Source: Thalia democratica
Taxonomy: Eukaryota
Assembly: GCA_965202585.1 (NCBI GenBank)
Contig: OZ241827.1
Location: 12,710,001-12,774,000 of the forward strand
Direction of reading: 5' to 3'
Length of the DNA stretch: 64,000 nucleotides
Notes under the pieces: model-generated
What the model was told of the DNA's origin: nothing
The model's database searches: none
Seen by the model: the letters and a program-made list of their open reading frames with translations, nothing else
Program-made: the position numbers and the translations under genes
Shown here: positions 51,358 through 64,000 of the stretch, one piece after another
Layout of the letters: each line of letters starts with the position of its first letter
Numbering within the stretch: position 1 is the first letter of the stretch

Positions 51358-52804
51358 GTCCACAGCCTCTTAAAATCAGGCCAAGTTTACTGAAAAGCGG
51401 TTTTAGCAAACCAAAGTAGCTTTAAAAAACTTAATTTCAAAATAAAAGAAAATAAAGAAAAGCAAAAATGCAATGAGGTAAACAAAAAACATGCAGTTCA
51501 GGTTACTCGCAAGCCAAAGCGAGTATATCTGTAAAACTTTCATTGTATAGTAGCATAAGTTTGTTTTAAAGCCACTACCACATTGCAAACCAAAAACTGT
51601 TGCCAGACGGGCCACATTTGGTTTGCTAACCCCAGCTCAGAGAAAACCGTTAAGCAAAAAAAAAAACTAAAAGGGTCCAACATTTTTACAAACAATATTC
51701 GATCAGCTCTATAAATATTAGCAAGCAATCATATATTTTTTCTCGTTGTTATGAAAATACTAAAACACTTTATTCAAATTCCAAAGATGGATTTTTAACT
51801 TTTATCTTTTTAGGTTTACTGAGTTTGTTGACTCCAGGTCATTTTTCTTCCTACTTTTCTAAACACACCAACAATTTTTATTTGCTCTACTGTTTTCAGT
51901 TTGACCAAATTTAATGAAACCTATTTATAACTAACTTTATTTTGTGTTCTATAACAAATTAGTGAATAGGGAGGGTACTTTTAAATTTGAATGTAACTAG
52001 TGTCTATGAATCGCAACACAAAACATTATGATTAGAAAGTCTCAAAACCTATGATACTGTTTTGATATGCTTGTGTTAATACAAACTTATAGTCAAAACT
52101 CGTATTTTTATTCTTTGATTTATTTTCCACGTTTTTCAAATTTTTGACAGGAATTTAATCAAGTTTTGAGTGATACTGTATTTGCTATCTAAATTGGCGA
52201 AGCTAGTGATACTTACTTTTGGAGCATATTTTGACATTTTATATCTTCCTGTTATGATTTTTTGTCAACAATTTTTAAAGTTTTCATTCTTAGTACTTAA
52301 GATGTTAATTTGTGTTTTTCTAAGAATCATTCTGTTGATACTGATCTTGTGTAGAGAATAATTTAAATTTTGGTTTAATATATAAGTTATCTGTTTATAA
52401 AAAGATATATCTGTTTATAAAAAGATATATCTGTTTATCAATAACACTTTTCAAAATACTGTGGTCTGTAAAGAATTTTCTTAAAATTAAACATTCATAA
52501 GTTCCTTGAAGTCTTTATTTTTTGATTTAATTAGTTTACTAACCCACCTTAATTTTAAACAGAATCTTTCCAGCAATATTTTTTAACACAATTTTAACTA
52601 ACAAGTTTATTAACTAAAATATCACGATCAAACAAAATCATTCAACCGCAACATAATGAAACTATTTTAAACACAAACAATCATATATTTTAAACTATTA
52701 TTCGCAATTAAGACACCTTAAAACACAATGGTTTAATAAAAAATCAGATGTCTCGAAAAACGAAAATTATTTGGTCGCACATAAATAAAAAAAAGTTTGG
52801 GGTC

Positions 52805-55800
52805 TCAGCACCTAGTGGAGGCCCTACCGTGCTGGCTGCCATGGTAGTTGCGGTCCTGGTGCCCCTGGTAGCCGGTGTTGTCATGGTAATTGTCTACTGG
52901 CATCATCGGAATGTCAGGCATTTCAATCATCTCACAGTTGTCAAGGCTGAAAAAATAAGAAAGTTTCATTAAAGTTATTTTTTCATAGTATTTTAGCTTT
53001 TTTTATTTAAAATAATTTTGTTTAGTTAATTTAAGGATAAGTATTAAAAAAAAAACATTTTCTCAATACTAGCTTTTTTGAAAACTTGTTCTAAAATATT
53101 AAAAACAGCTAATTATTGTTCACTTTACTTGATTCAAATATCTTGAAAATTATGTTTAATTAAAAAGCTTATATTACTAAAAACATTTAAAAAATAATTA
53201 ACTCACTTATCATCGAAATCGAATTGCGGTCTGGCCAATTTGTTGCTGAAATTAATATTTAATTAAACTAATAATTTGCACTAAATTTAATTGATATTTA
53301 AAATTTTTTATTACTGTTTATTTTAAAACACACTTTTGAAGTGGCTAGAATCAATGGTAGATTATGAAAAGGCACCAAAAATAGTTTATTTAACTTAATA
53401 AAATTTACTACAACTACTAGATATATTTAAGAATAAATAGAGAATATTTGTATAATTTAAGTTTTTTGTTGTTTGATCAAAAAACAAGTTAAAAACGTTT
53501 AGTTTTAGTTATGCAAAAGAGTATTAACTTTCTGATATGTTTAGATAACTAAACTAGATCAAAAAATTTTTGTCCAGGAAAAATAAAATCTTTGCAGAAA
53601 TCTTTTTAGATTCTTGAGTATTATAAACAATATCTTACTAAGAACTGGAAAACTCGAAAATTGTGTAGATTGGAAAAAAATCTATCCGAAATAGTGTTAT
53701 TAAAAATAATATAGTTAAAACTAACGATAGTTTTTTGTGCTGGTACATTCTCTTGAGGCACATTAGGATGTCCATAAGCGTGACGAAAATGCAGATGACG
53801 TCAACAACGTTCATGAACCTCACATAGTACGTCTTTTCCTGCAAGCAATTTAATAAATTAATTATTACTATTTCGTTAAATTTAGTGTCACGAAAATGCA
53901 AATAATGTCAACAACGTTTAGAAATTTAACATAGTAGGTATTTTTCCTTTGAAAATAAAACGTTTAATATTATTCTATTAAACTTTATGTCACCAAGATG
54001 TAAATTTTACCAACAATATTCACGAGTAAAACATAAAATTCCTGCATTAAGTACCGGATTCAAAATGTTTGTGAATTTAAAACAATTTGTGTTTTTCTAT
54101 TAAGTTGGCTGGCAACAAAATAAAGCTACATAGTTACAACCAGCTAATAAAAATATTTAAAAATTTTAATTATTATCAAGAATTATTAGGAAACAATTAT
54201 TTTCTTAATCAAATATATTAAAAATTAATCAAACAAATAAGCTACATGATTACGATAACCTAACAAAATGTGTTTTATTGTTGCATAAAAAGTATTCAGT
54301 ATTAATGTACCTCGCCGTATTATTTTTCTCCAGTAAGTTGGATATATTAGTTATCAAAATAAAGTAGTAAATAATGCTATTTAGTAAAATTTTGTTCCCA
54401 AAACAACAAAAGTACAGTTTCTACGCTTAAAAGGTGCGTTTTGTAATAAAACGGTAATTAACATTATAATCATCGCTATTTAACAAACAATCAGCGTAAC
54501 AAATATTTAATATGAAACCCAACCTTGTAAAACTCCACAAAGCACAGGGCGTACCCGCTGGCTTCGATGGACTGCTTGCACGCCTTTGCAACTGCATTGG
54601 TCCTCCTGTGCATTTAAATAAAAAATATTACATGTTACATTAACGTAAAACCGCATTTAATTTGTTTTTCTAACTACAATTTCAAATAATTAACAACCGA
54701 CACCTGTCGAACCCACTTAGGTGTGCGTCCGTCATTTAAATGGTAATTGAAGAAAAACTTAAAAGTTAACAATAGTGATACCTGTTTTCGTCGAAACCGC
54801 ACAGGTAGGTTCCTGGAACGTCCATGTTGAAGTAGTAGTTGGTCCTGCCCACCCACGGTCCCTTTTCGGGTCTGTTGTTCTGTTGAAATAAATTAACACT
54901 GAAAAAAAATTGAAGAATTTTGAGCAAAATCACCAACAGTCGCGTATGATAATGTGGATCAGCGATTGATAATGAAAAAAAGAATAACTTTTGGGGTTTT
55001 TTGATTTTTTGCCCTTCCAAGGCCCCTGTTGGGTCCGATATTCTGTGTTGGGGGAAAAGGTTTAAAAGATACACAAGAAGTTTTTCTTTAGGGAGTTTTG
55101 AGAACAATCGCAAACGGTCGTGTTTCGGGTCTGTTTCCTTGTTCGGGAAAAGGAAGTTTAAAAAAAAAAGTGCGGGGATACTTTGTTTGAGGTATCTGGA
55201 GAAAATCGCAAATGATCGCTGTTGTAATGTGAATATGCGAGTTTTGGGGATAAAAACCTTTTCGAGATTTTGATCTTTTCCAAGGGATTTATCAGAATAA
55301 AACATTTTTTTTTATTAATTTTGAGAAAAATCAAAAAAGTCATGTAGTGTGAATATATCAGTTTTTGGGAAGAAAAATATTTTTGGGATTTTATTTTTTA
55401 AACAATTTGTAATTTTGCTGAAACGCGGGTCTTTGGTTTTGGGAAAAACTTTTATTGTATTTATTTTTTTTGGGAAAACTCTTTGTCATAATGTCAACAT
55501 CTTAACTTTGCAGAACAATATTAACATAGTTACGTAGTTAAACTGTTTTGTTTTTCAACTTTTTGTAAATTTATTTCAGTTAATGCAACTTGTTGAAATA
55601 AAGGGTAAATGATTTTTTCAAATGGGTGAGTTTTTTTAACTTTTAATCTTTTTTTTTGTGTCAACTGCGCACAAACGAAATCCCATTCAGTTTATAAAGT
55701 ACGTTTTATTTTTATACATTTTCCAAATATGCACAATTCACAAAACATTAAAGAAATTAAATTTCTTGAACAACCAAAAAAAAACTGTGTAACTATAATT

Positions 55801-58800
55801 TTAGTTTTAATTATCGGAAAACAAAAAGTAAATTGATCTTGTTTATTTTGGGTTCAACAACCGAGGTTGATGTAAAAAAAATCTAACTTCAAATTTGTAA
55901 AGACCGTTCTTGTTAAGTACAAAGAAGGTCACATTGGGGGTTAAGAAAAAAATGTGAAGAAAAGTTTAATGTCAGTTATAATGATATCAGACAAAAAGTA
56001 AAATTTTCTTCTCAACTTTTAAATATAACAATTAGAAGTCAAGTACAATGTAACAAACTTCATAGTTGTAAAGGGAGTGTTTGAAGAGGACGAAGAAGAT
56101 CTCAATTCCGAGTCTCACCACTAGCTGCGCTATAAACGCCCATCTCAGCCAGCTGTTGGAAACGATCTGTGAAAATAATTAATATAAACTTAAGTTGTTA
56201 AGATCTGAGAAAAAAAAATTTAATCAATGGTCATAAACCACATTGGTCAACTTTCAACTTTATGTTAATGAACAGTGCACAAGTTATTTGTTGTCATATT
56301 TTCAGCATCACAAAAGTATATATTTTAGCCCGCTTAACCCTGTTCTTTAACTTTTGGAAACGTGCATTCGTCTATTAAATAAAAAGTTTTAAAAAACCCT
56401 AGAAGAAACATTTGTTTTAGATCAATAATAAAAAATAGGTTAACTTGTGTTTAATATAATGTATTGATAATTTTTATTGTGCAAGAGTTTTATCAGTTGC
56501 GTTTTATTAGTGTTGAAAAAATTGATAATTACTTTTAAGTTGATGATAAAAATATTTAGAAAAAAACAACTTAGTATGCACAGAAAATGTGCACAGATAT
56601 ACATATATATATAATAGTGTGAACTAACTTTGTGTTTCTATTGTATATAAGAGAAAATCAAATTTAAAAACTCAAATGGGCACAGAATATACTTATATAT
56701 TTATATATAGTGTGATTTAGTAGTATATATTTACATGTGATTAGTTTTGAAAACTCAAATTTTTTAAACGCCCTTCAAGTGGGCTCTGAGTAAGATGATT
56801 AATTAATTTATTTTCTATGTAAATATATATATATATTTTTTTTATTCAAACTAATTTTTTTTTGTCTTTATGAAACATATGCTCTACAATTTTTAAAATC
56901 GCATTTTACTAATAAATTATTTAAAAGCCCTTCACGTGAGCTCTGTATAAAGTGATCAAGTTTAAACAATCACTTTATCTTATATTTATCTATATACATA
57001 TATATATATATATATACAAATAGGTGTGAACTAACGGTTTCCTTCTTTTCTCCGTAGTACTTGTCCTTGTGCTTGTATTTTCTCTGCCTTATCCGCGGCA
57101 CGAAATCACCTTGCTGTAAAAACAAACAATGTTAACTGATTTCGTTTTGGTTAAAATAAGTTATGTTCAGAGGTGGAGTTGGCTTGCTACGAGTCACAAA
57201 AAATGGTAGATTATTCTGGCTGTACACATGTTGAGATTGAGTGAGAATAAAAAACTTTATGCTTTAAATAAAAATAAACCAACCACTTTACTCCAATTCT
57301 TCACAATATTTATTACATGATCCCATCCTTTCATTCAACAACTTAAAATTAAAAATGAAATTGTAGAAACTGGCATTAATAACATTATTGAAACCCACTT
57401 ATTAGCTCCTTATTTGCATTTAAAAATTGTTTAAAATTACAATTTTCAGCTTTGTTAGTGATTTTTTTAAATTCCAGGCTTTTTTTTCAAAACTTCTTTA
57501 GTTCAAGGTTTTTTTCGCACAAACTGCCAAACTTCAGGCTTCTTTATGATTTTAAGCAGCCCTCATTTACCAACTGTTACATAAACAAGCAACTATAAAT
57601 AACTAACTTCCTTCATATACTATTATAACTAATTACATTTACATAATAACTAACATTATTATCAAACAATAGTTTATGTACTCAGTTTTACCGTAATTAT
57701 TCTCAAATACATGTATACGTTTATTATAAACATTTCTCCTTCAGCATTATAACTTTGATAAAAAAAACTGATGATGACAAAATTTTTATCTATATGGTAG
57801 ACTTTTAGTGTAAAATCAAAATTTTTCTACTCAAATGTAAAAACTGTTTAAAAATCGAGATTTTTCCAGGTTTTTTTACCTAAATTGTCAAATTCCAGGT
57901 ATTCCGCTGATGCATATATTTTCCTTGTTGAAATGTATACGTTTATTATCAACATTTCTCCTCAGCATTACAACTAACCACTTCATTTACCAACTGTTAC
58001 ACAAACAAACAACTATTTACAACTAACCACCTTATTAAATCCATAACTACTATTATTATTAATAAATAAATATATATATATATATTTACAACCAACCACT
58101 TCGTTCAGCTCCTTCAGCCTGTTGAACTCCTTTTCCTCCTCCGCGTCTTCCTCCGCGATCCGGTCGTCCTCTTTCTGCGCCTTCTGCTGGCAGTACTGCT
58201 CGTACGCGTAGAACAGCACCATGGGAGCCACGACCGCGAGGATCTTTGAAAATAAAATTGTCAATCTTATTATATATATATATATATCAGTTTATTTGAA
58301 ATATTTTATATAAAGTAATTTTTTTTTCCTGGCATGCGCGATCCTTGGGTGCTAAAACTGCAATGATTCACGAGAAACAATAATTTCGTGTTGATTAGTT
58401 TGTTTTAAAATTTCATGGCTAGAACGTGGAGCGAATTGGAAAAAAGTTTGAATCCAGTTTCTTGAGCTTTGAAGAAATAATTGCATTTAAAAGTTAAATA
58501 TCTAATGTACTCGATATAACTATTTAACTTAGTTTACCACTTGAAATTTATTGTATAAATGTTACGCTAAGATTATAATAAACTATTTTATATCTTGTTG
58601 AGATTAGCCAGGAGAAAAAAATATAGTGTAATGTTTTACCATTGAAACCAGCAAAGCTAGTTTTAATAATGACAGTTTTTTAACAAATATTGTAATTAAC
58701 AAAATATTTGTTCCAAATCTACATTACAAGTAAAGGTTTACCTTTTGATTTTATTCTCTTAGAAACCGTATCACTTATTTGTTAGTACTTGCTATAATTT

Positions 58801-61365
58801 GAGTACAAATACTTATTTTTAGGCATTTAAATACAAATAAACAAGCCATCATTTTTTCAATACCTGGTATATCCATAAACACTAACATTTTAAACATTAA
58901 AAATGCTACATAGCATATGCATGTCAAAATAACATTTAACTTTTTTTAAACTGGTAACAAACTATAACTCAGATATTTATATTAGGTATCAAAGACACTG
59001 CAAATATTAAAACAAAAAATATCGAAGTATCAATACATTAACTTTTCTAATTATCTGATATGCCCACAACTAAATTTTATAACACTCGTTACAAAGAACA
59101 ACTCACATATCAATACATTAAAAACACGGCAAATATTGCAGTAAAAAATAAAAGCTATTAATATTGGTTACCTGGTATGCCCATAATCTGAACATAGATG
59201 GACTCGCGTATTCGTCAAAACACAAATATAAAATAAATATAAAAAACATATTAATGTTAGTTACCTGGTATGCCCATAATCTGAACATGGATGGACTCGC
59301 GTATTCGTCAAAACACAAATATAAAATAAGTATAAAAAACATATTAATATTAGTTACCTGGTATGCCCACAATCTGAACATGGATGGACTCGCGTATTCG
59401 TCGAAACACAAATTAGCACATCCGGCTTCCTTGGTGTCGCACTTCATTCCTTCGGTATTGTACACTGTGTGACGTCATAATTGTAAATATTTAAAAGATT
59501 TTGCGATTGTCAAAAGATTGGAAAAAATAGACTTGAATTTTTTATAGAAACGTTAAAATATATTTTAAAGATACTTCGCTTTCCCACACTGATGTGACAT
59601 CATAATCTAATAAGAACTGTTTTAAGAGTGGAAAAAATGATAGTAGAGTAATTATCAGATAGCTAGAAAAAAATATTTTTTGAATTAGCTAAAATAAGTT
59701 TTTGTTAAAGTGTTTTCTTCCTCGTTTCAAACTATTTGGTCCACAGAATTTAATACTCATAATCAAAATTATTTTTATACATTTTTTAAACAAACAAAAC
59801 AGTTTTTCTTTTCAAACCTTTTCCTCCCACCGAAGCAGCAATCACGCCTCTGTAGGTGAAGATGAGAATGTAGTAGACCATAGACAAGTCAGTACCATAG
59901 TGGCTGATCTGTTGAAATAATGTGGTTATAAAAAATAATACTCTAACACCGCATTGAAAATTTTGTTTTCAACTAGTTTACCATATTTTTGTTTTCAAAA
60001 ATTTTAGTGTTATTTTTTTTCTTTTTCTTTAAAAGACTAAATTGTCACTTTATCTTTTCGGCATTTTAAAAAATATGTGGTAAAAAGTATGCTTAAAAAG
60101 CTTATCAAAATTGTTGATTTTTCAGCCTGCCCACCTCTGGACTAGATATGATATAAGTTGTTTGCGATTTAAAAATTTACTTGATTAAATTGTGTAACCA
60201 AGTGACAAAAATACTGAATTGTGTTTTTAAACATAAAATTGAAAGCTCTCGCCTTTATGAAACGATGTGACGTCATTATGGATTAAAACAACAATTTTGA
60301 GAACATATCATTTACCAGTTTTGTTTTAAATTTAATTTTTCAGTAGAGTTTGATGTAAAAAAGTAGGGTAAGTTAATAAAACTTTCCGTTTGAATTGTAA
60401 ACTCTATAAACAAGACTACTGGTTTTGTGCTTGTTTACTAAAATTCGCTTATTACTAATTCAGTTCAAATTTATTAGATGAAACATTTTTATGATAAAAG
60501 TTTAAGTGTAAGTAGATGCTTATTTTTATTTAAAAGATAAATTGGCTTCTTTAAGATCAAATTGATTAAGTGACAAATGCCATACGATGTATTTAAGTTG
60601 CAATAATATTTCAGTATTCCCATATGTAAACGAAAAACATTGAGACTTTAATACCCCAGGGCATAGATGTGAGAAAATTGACAGAAAAACAAAAATAAAT
60701 AAATTTAATTTTTAAGTTTAAAACCATTATTTTTGACAGATATACTTACTGTTTATTGCAAATATTTTATTTTATTATACTTGAAAAAGTCGAAATTTTT
60801 TGTCACCGAAACCTGGTATTAAATGAAATATTTAATTTTCACATCTTTATTTAGATAAGCTTTTTACATATCAGTAAATTGAACACTTATTAAAGCAAAT
60901 AACTATAAATGCCAACTTAGTAAACTAAAATAAAATAATTGGTATTCACTTGTATAATGAAAGTGGGACAAACTATAAACTAATTCAAGAAAATTTCACA
61001 ATTTAATGTGCTGAATTTACTAATCAACTACCAATAAAATTTATAATTACTGTTGTAATTATTTAATTTAAAACAAAAAATTTAAAATAAGCATAAACAA
61101 CTTTTAAATGCTTAATAAAATACATACTTTATACAATTCAATAATAAACGTATTGAAACATAAAACAATGTTGAATTAAATTTATTTTAAGTATAATAAT
61201 TTTTTTTTTGACAAAATCATACAGAAGTACATATTCAATAAATTAATAAAATTATATAGCAAAATTTGTTTTAAATTATATACTTTTTAATAAAAACAAG
61301 TATTATTTTTTCCAAACCTTTTGGGTCCAACCATCGAGGGTTTTGTAAGCAGCTGCGCCTTTCAT
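52805..61365 (-). CDS. Divergent connexin-like gene B, 11 coding exons, 350 aa: complement join(61365-61318,59908-59818,59464-59358,58243-58097,57113-57036,56166-56059,54879-54782,54605-54524,53838-53726,53245-53207,52946-52805)
   Basis: Open 1053-nt spliced frame with GT-AG introns. Protein: MKGAAAYKTLDGWTQK-ISHYGTDLSMVYYILIFTYRGVIAASVGGK-VYNTEGMKCDTKEAGCANLCFDEYASPSMFRLWAYQ-ILAVVAPMVLFYAYE...WLRWAFIAQLVVRLGIEIFF...YLC..AC..LCFVEFYK-EKTYYVRFMNVVDVICIFVTLMDILMCLKR...YHGSQHGRASTRC*. Five exon lengths (91, 107, 147, 78, 108) and a sixth (113) are identical to gene A. Confidence 0.88.
59130..59410 (-). repeat. 93-bp tandem triplication of the exon 3 3' half plus donor site of connexin B
   Basis: CAG|GTAAC donors after 59358, 59265 and 59172 at exact 93-nt spacing; each unit encodes CFDEYASPSMFRLWAYQ in frame. 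Confidence 0.95.
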
Positions 61366-61388
61366 TTACTTTTGTATTTAATTAAAAA

Positions 61389-61400
61389 CTGGAAAAAAAA
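61389..61400 (-). promoter_or_regulatory. 3' splice acceptor 23 nt upstream of the connexin B ATG
   Basis: CTTTTTTTTCCAG|TTTTTAATT...GTAAATG; both genes have GTAA immediately before the ATG. Confidence 0.5.
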
Positions 61401-64000
61401 GAGTTTTAAAACATTAATAGTTTCATAAAAAAGTGTCTAAAATATTTTGATAGTGCTGTTATGAAGTATATGATCATTAGGCTGCTAGAACCTTAATTAG
61501 ATAGTGTAGTGTAAATATGATTATTTTTACCAGTCTAATTAGTATTGTTTTTATTAACAAACATTTGCAACAATTTGAATAAATATACAGCTTTGATTAA
61601 AACTTATTTATCTACTTATAACTAATGGCGGCCACTATATTTAAAAAAATTTGACCAATGTTTTTAATAAATAAATTAAATAGCCATCAGCTGACTTTAT
61701 ATTCTGTAATTTGTATTTGTAATATGTAAGGTCAACTTATAACTATTAAATATAAATAAATAACATGTTAATGATCAATATCAATAACTTTATCTAAGTG
61801 CAATAGCATTTAATTCCTGTCTTATGGGTAATTTTTTTTGGCTGATGCTTGCTATAAAATTAAAACCCAAAATATTATATAAAGAAATCAGAAAGATGAT
61901 CTTCTTTACCTAAAAATCAAAAATCAAAACAATATAACAACAATACCCAATAGTATAATAGTTTTTTACACTTATTTAGAGTTTTTAGTGTTTTAATTTA
62001 TTAGTAATTAGAAAACTTCAAGTTAATTATAACAAACCATAATCATATTACCATTAATAAATTTAGATATTTGTGAAGATTAAATTTGGAGCTGGTAAAA
62101 ATTTTACAGCAAAACTGTTTTATAAAATTTTCTACCAACTAAATATTTCAAAGTTTAATGTTTCTATGAAAAACAATTTCATAAGATGTTTAAAAAATTG
62201 GTTAACCTTTAAGACAGTAAGAAATAACACAAACAATTTTACAACTAATAAGTTTTTCAATATACACTTTAAAGTATTCCATAGAGAAACACACTGTGGC
62301 TAATTAACTATGTGAAAGGTTATTAATTGTACAAAAATATTTCTTTTGTAATCAAAATCAATTTAAACAATATAATTTGTTGAATGTTGATTGAAAATCC
62401 ATTTTTATTCTGCTTAAGCAATTTACTTACTACTTAATTGTGACATCAAAAAACAAAACAAGTTATTAGAATGTTAATTATATTCTTATTGTTAAACAAA
62501 TAACCGAACAAGCATCATTGTTTCAAGAAGACAGCTTTTAGTAAAAACACTTAGCTTTCATTTGCAATTTATTTCTAAACTATTACTAGTTGAAAATTTT
62601 TGAAATGTTTTACTTAACTAACATTTTCAACACTATCTGGTAAAAAATACCAACTACTTTTAAAACAAAATTTGAAGCATAACAGTTCTTTTGTAAATGA
62701 AAAACAACTCAACACAAACATTAGAAGAAAAGAAGAGAAATGAATTGATGCAATTTTGTTGATACAATAAGCACAAATTAAGTAATTTGACTAATCAGTT
62801 CAAATTACAAAACTTCTTTACACAGTCGAACTGTTTTGTTTAACAAGTTTAAGTAGTCAAATATAAATTTTATTAATGTTTTATCACTCATGCATCAATT
62901 ACTAATTTGTATTACATGCCTCAATAAAAAACAATAAAATCTTTCCAAGTTTTAATTTTCTTACTCGAAGACTTTTTTAAACTTCTTATTCTCTTTTAAA
63001 TGTACAAACAAAACCAACTTTTAAAACATGCTTACATTAAAGCTTAACAACATTAGTATTACCATTTTTTATAGTTTAAAATTTCATTGCACAGAGCTAA
63101 TTAAATATATTGCTGTTAATTGTGAAAACTAATTTGATCTAGTTAAGCAAATTAAATAAGTAATTTGTGAGAAAGTTAAATGAAACGACAATGAAATTAA
63201 AAAGAACCAAGTTTATGTCATAAGTACAATAAAAGTATTTTCAAATTAAAGTATATTCCCAATCTGTGTAGTTAGTTCAATATGCTCTTTTTTATTACTT
63301 TCTCTCAATAAACTTCCAAAGCTTTATGTTTTTGTTTTCAATTTAACAACAGTTAAGCTAATAAACCATTAAATTTAAAGCACAGCTGTAACTACTTCAC
63401 TTAATAAATTTTTCATAAATTTTTTATAAGTCACAGCTTTTGAAAGCCACACAATTCAAGACCAACTCAAACAAGCATCTAAAAATACTTATGTGATAAT
63501 CAGAAATTTTATTCTTATTTTTTTACATTTTTACTTCAAGTGTTATCGCGTAGAAAAGTGTGCTTAATGTGACAAGTATAAACAATTTTGAGTCTGATAA
63601 AATAGCTCGCGAGTTTCTATTAACTGAATAAAAACCGCTTTAAAATTGTTCTTTTAAAATCACAAGCCCCACAAACTAGTTGAAATTAACAGTTATCAAA
63701 CTTCAATAGCTTCTTTTATGAAGTTAAAATATTATTGTTGCAGACAGTTTTAATTTCAAAAGTTTATAAACTACAACAGTTTAAATTTTCTCGAACATCT
63801 AAGTTAACAAACAAAACTACTTAAACTTTTAGGTTTTCATCATAAAATACATTTACTCAAGTTACTTTATATAAGCAAAAAAACAATAAAGCAACTAAAC
63901 ATGTAATAAACACAAGAATGTTAAGCACGTAAGACAATTAACAGTTTTACAAGCTGCTAGCTTTAACAATCAATTATTAGAAGGCTAGACTTTAACCAAC

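Noticed and set aside
54766-55305. 179-aa minus-strand ORF
   Set aside because: It is read-through of low-complexity intron 6 echoes into true exon 7a; only its last ~33 codons are coding.
57170-57915. Possible decayed TIR element (CAGAGGTGGAG start, TTCCAGG repeats)
   Set aside because: No matching second terminus or TSD could be identified.
59118-59472. 115-aa and 102-aa repeat ORFs as stand-alone proteins or a CRISPR-like array
   Set aside because: They are the 93-bp exon/donor triplication. The units are contiguous duplicates with no unique spacers, and there are no cas genes.

Overview
Eukaryotic, very AT-rich genomic DNA with GT-AG introns; I saw no prokaryotic features, RNA genes or CRISPR array. 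I rebuilt by hand two convergent, intron-rich, divergent connexin-like genes: + strand 2965-11043 (10 coding exons, 366 aa) and - strand 61365-52805 (11 coding exons, 350 aa). Connexins are known only from chordates, and many introns plus a very AT-rich background point to a tunicate (inference). The ~42 kb between their 3' ends is a patchwork of direct and inverted segmental duplications. It holds three intact two-exon BACK-Kelch paralogs with no complete BTB domain, orphan but intact copies of the last two exons of the + connexin, several TIR/foldback elements, and one unexplained 109-aa ORF between a pair of hAT-like TIRs. The most unusual pattern is in the connexin introns. At most exon boundaries of both genes they carry ladders of decaying copies of the adjacent exon-intron junction, and some young copies keep usable splice sites. 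Exon coordinates were checked for phase and splice dinucleotides; repeat and segment boundaries are approximate.
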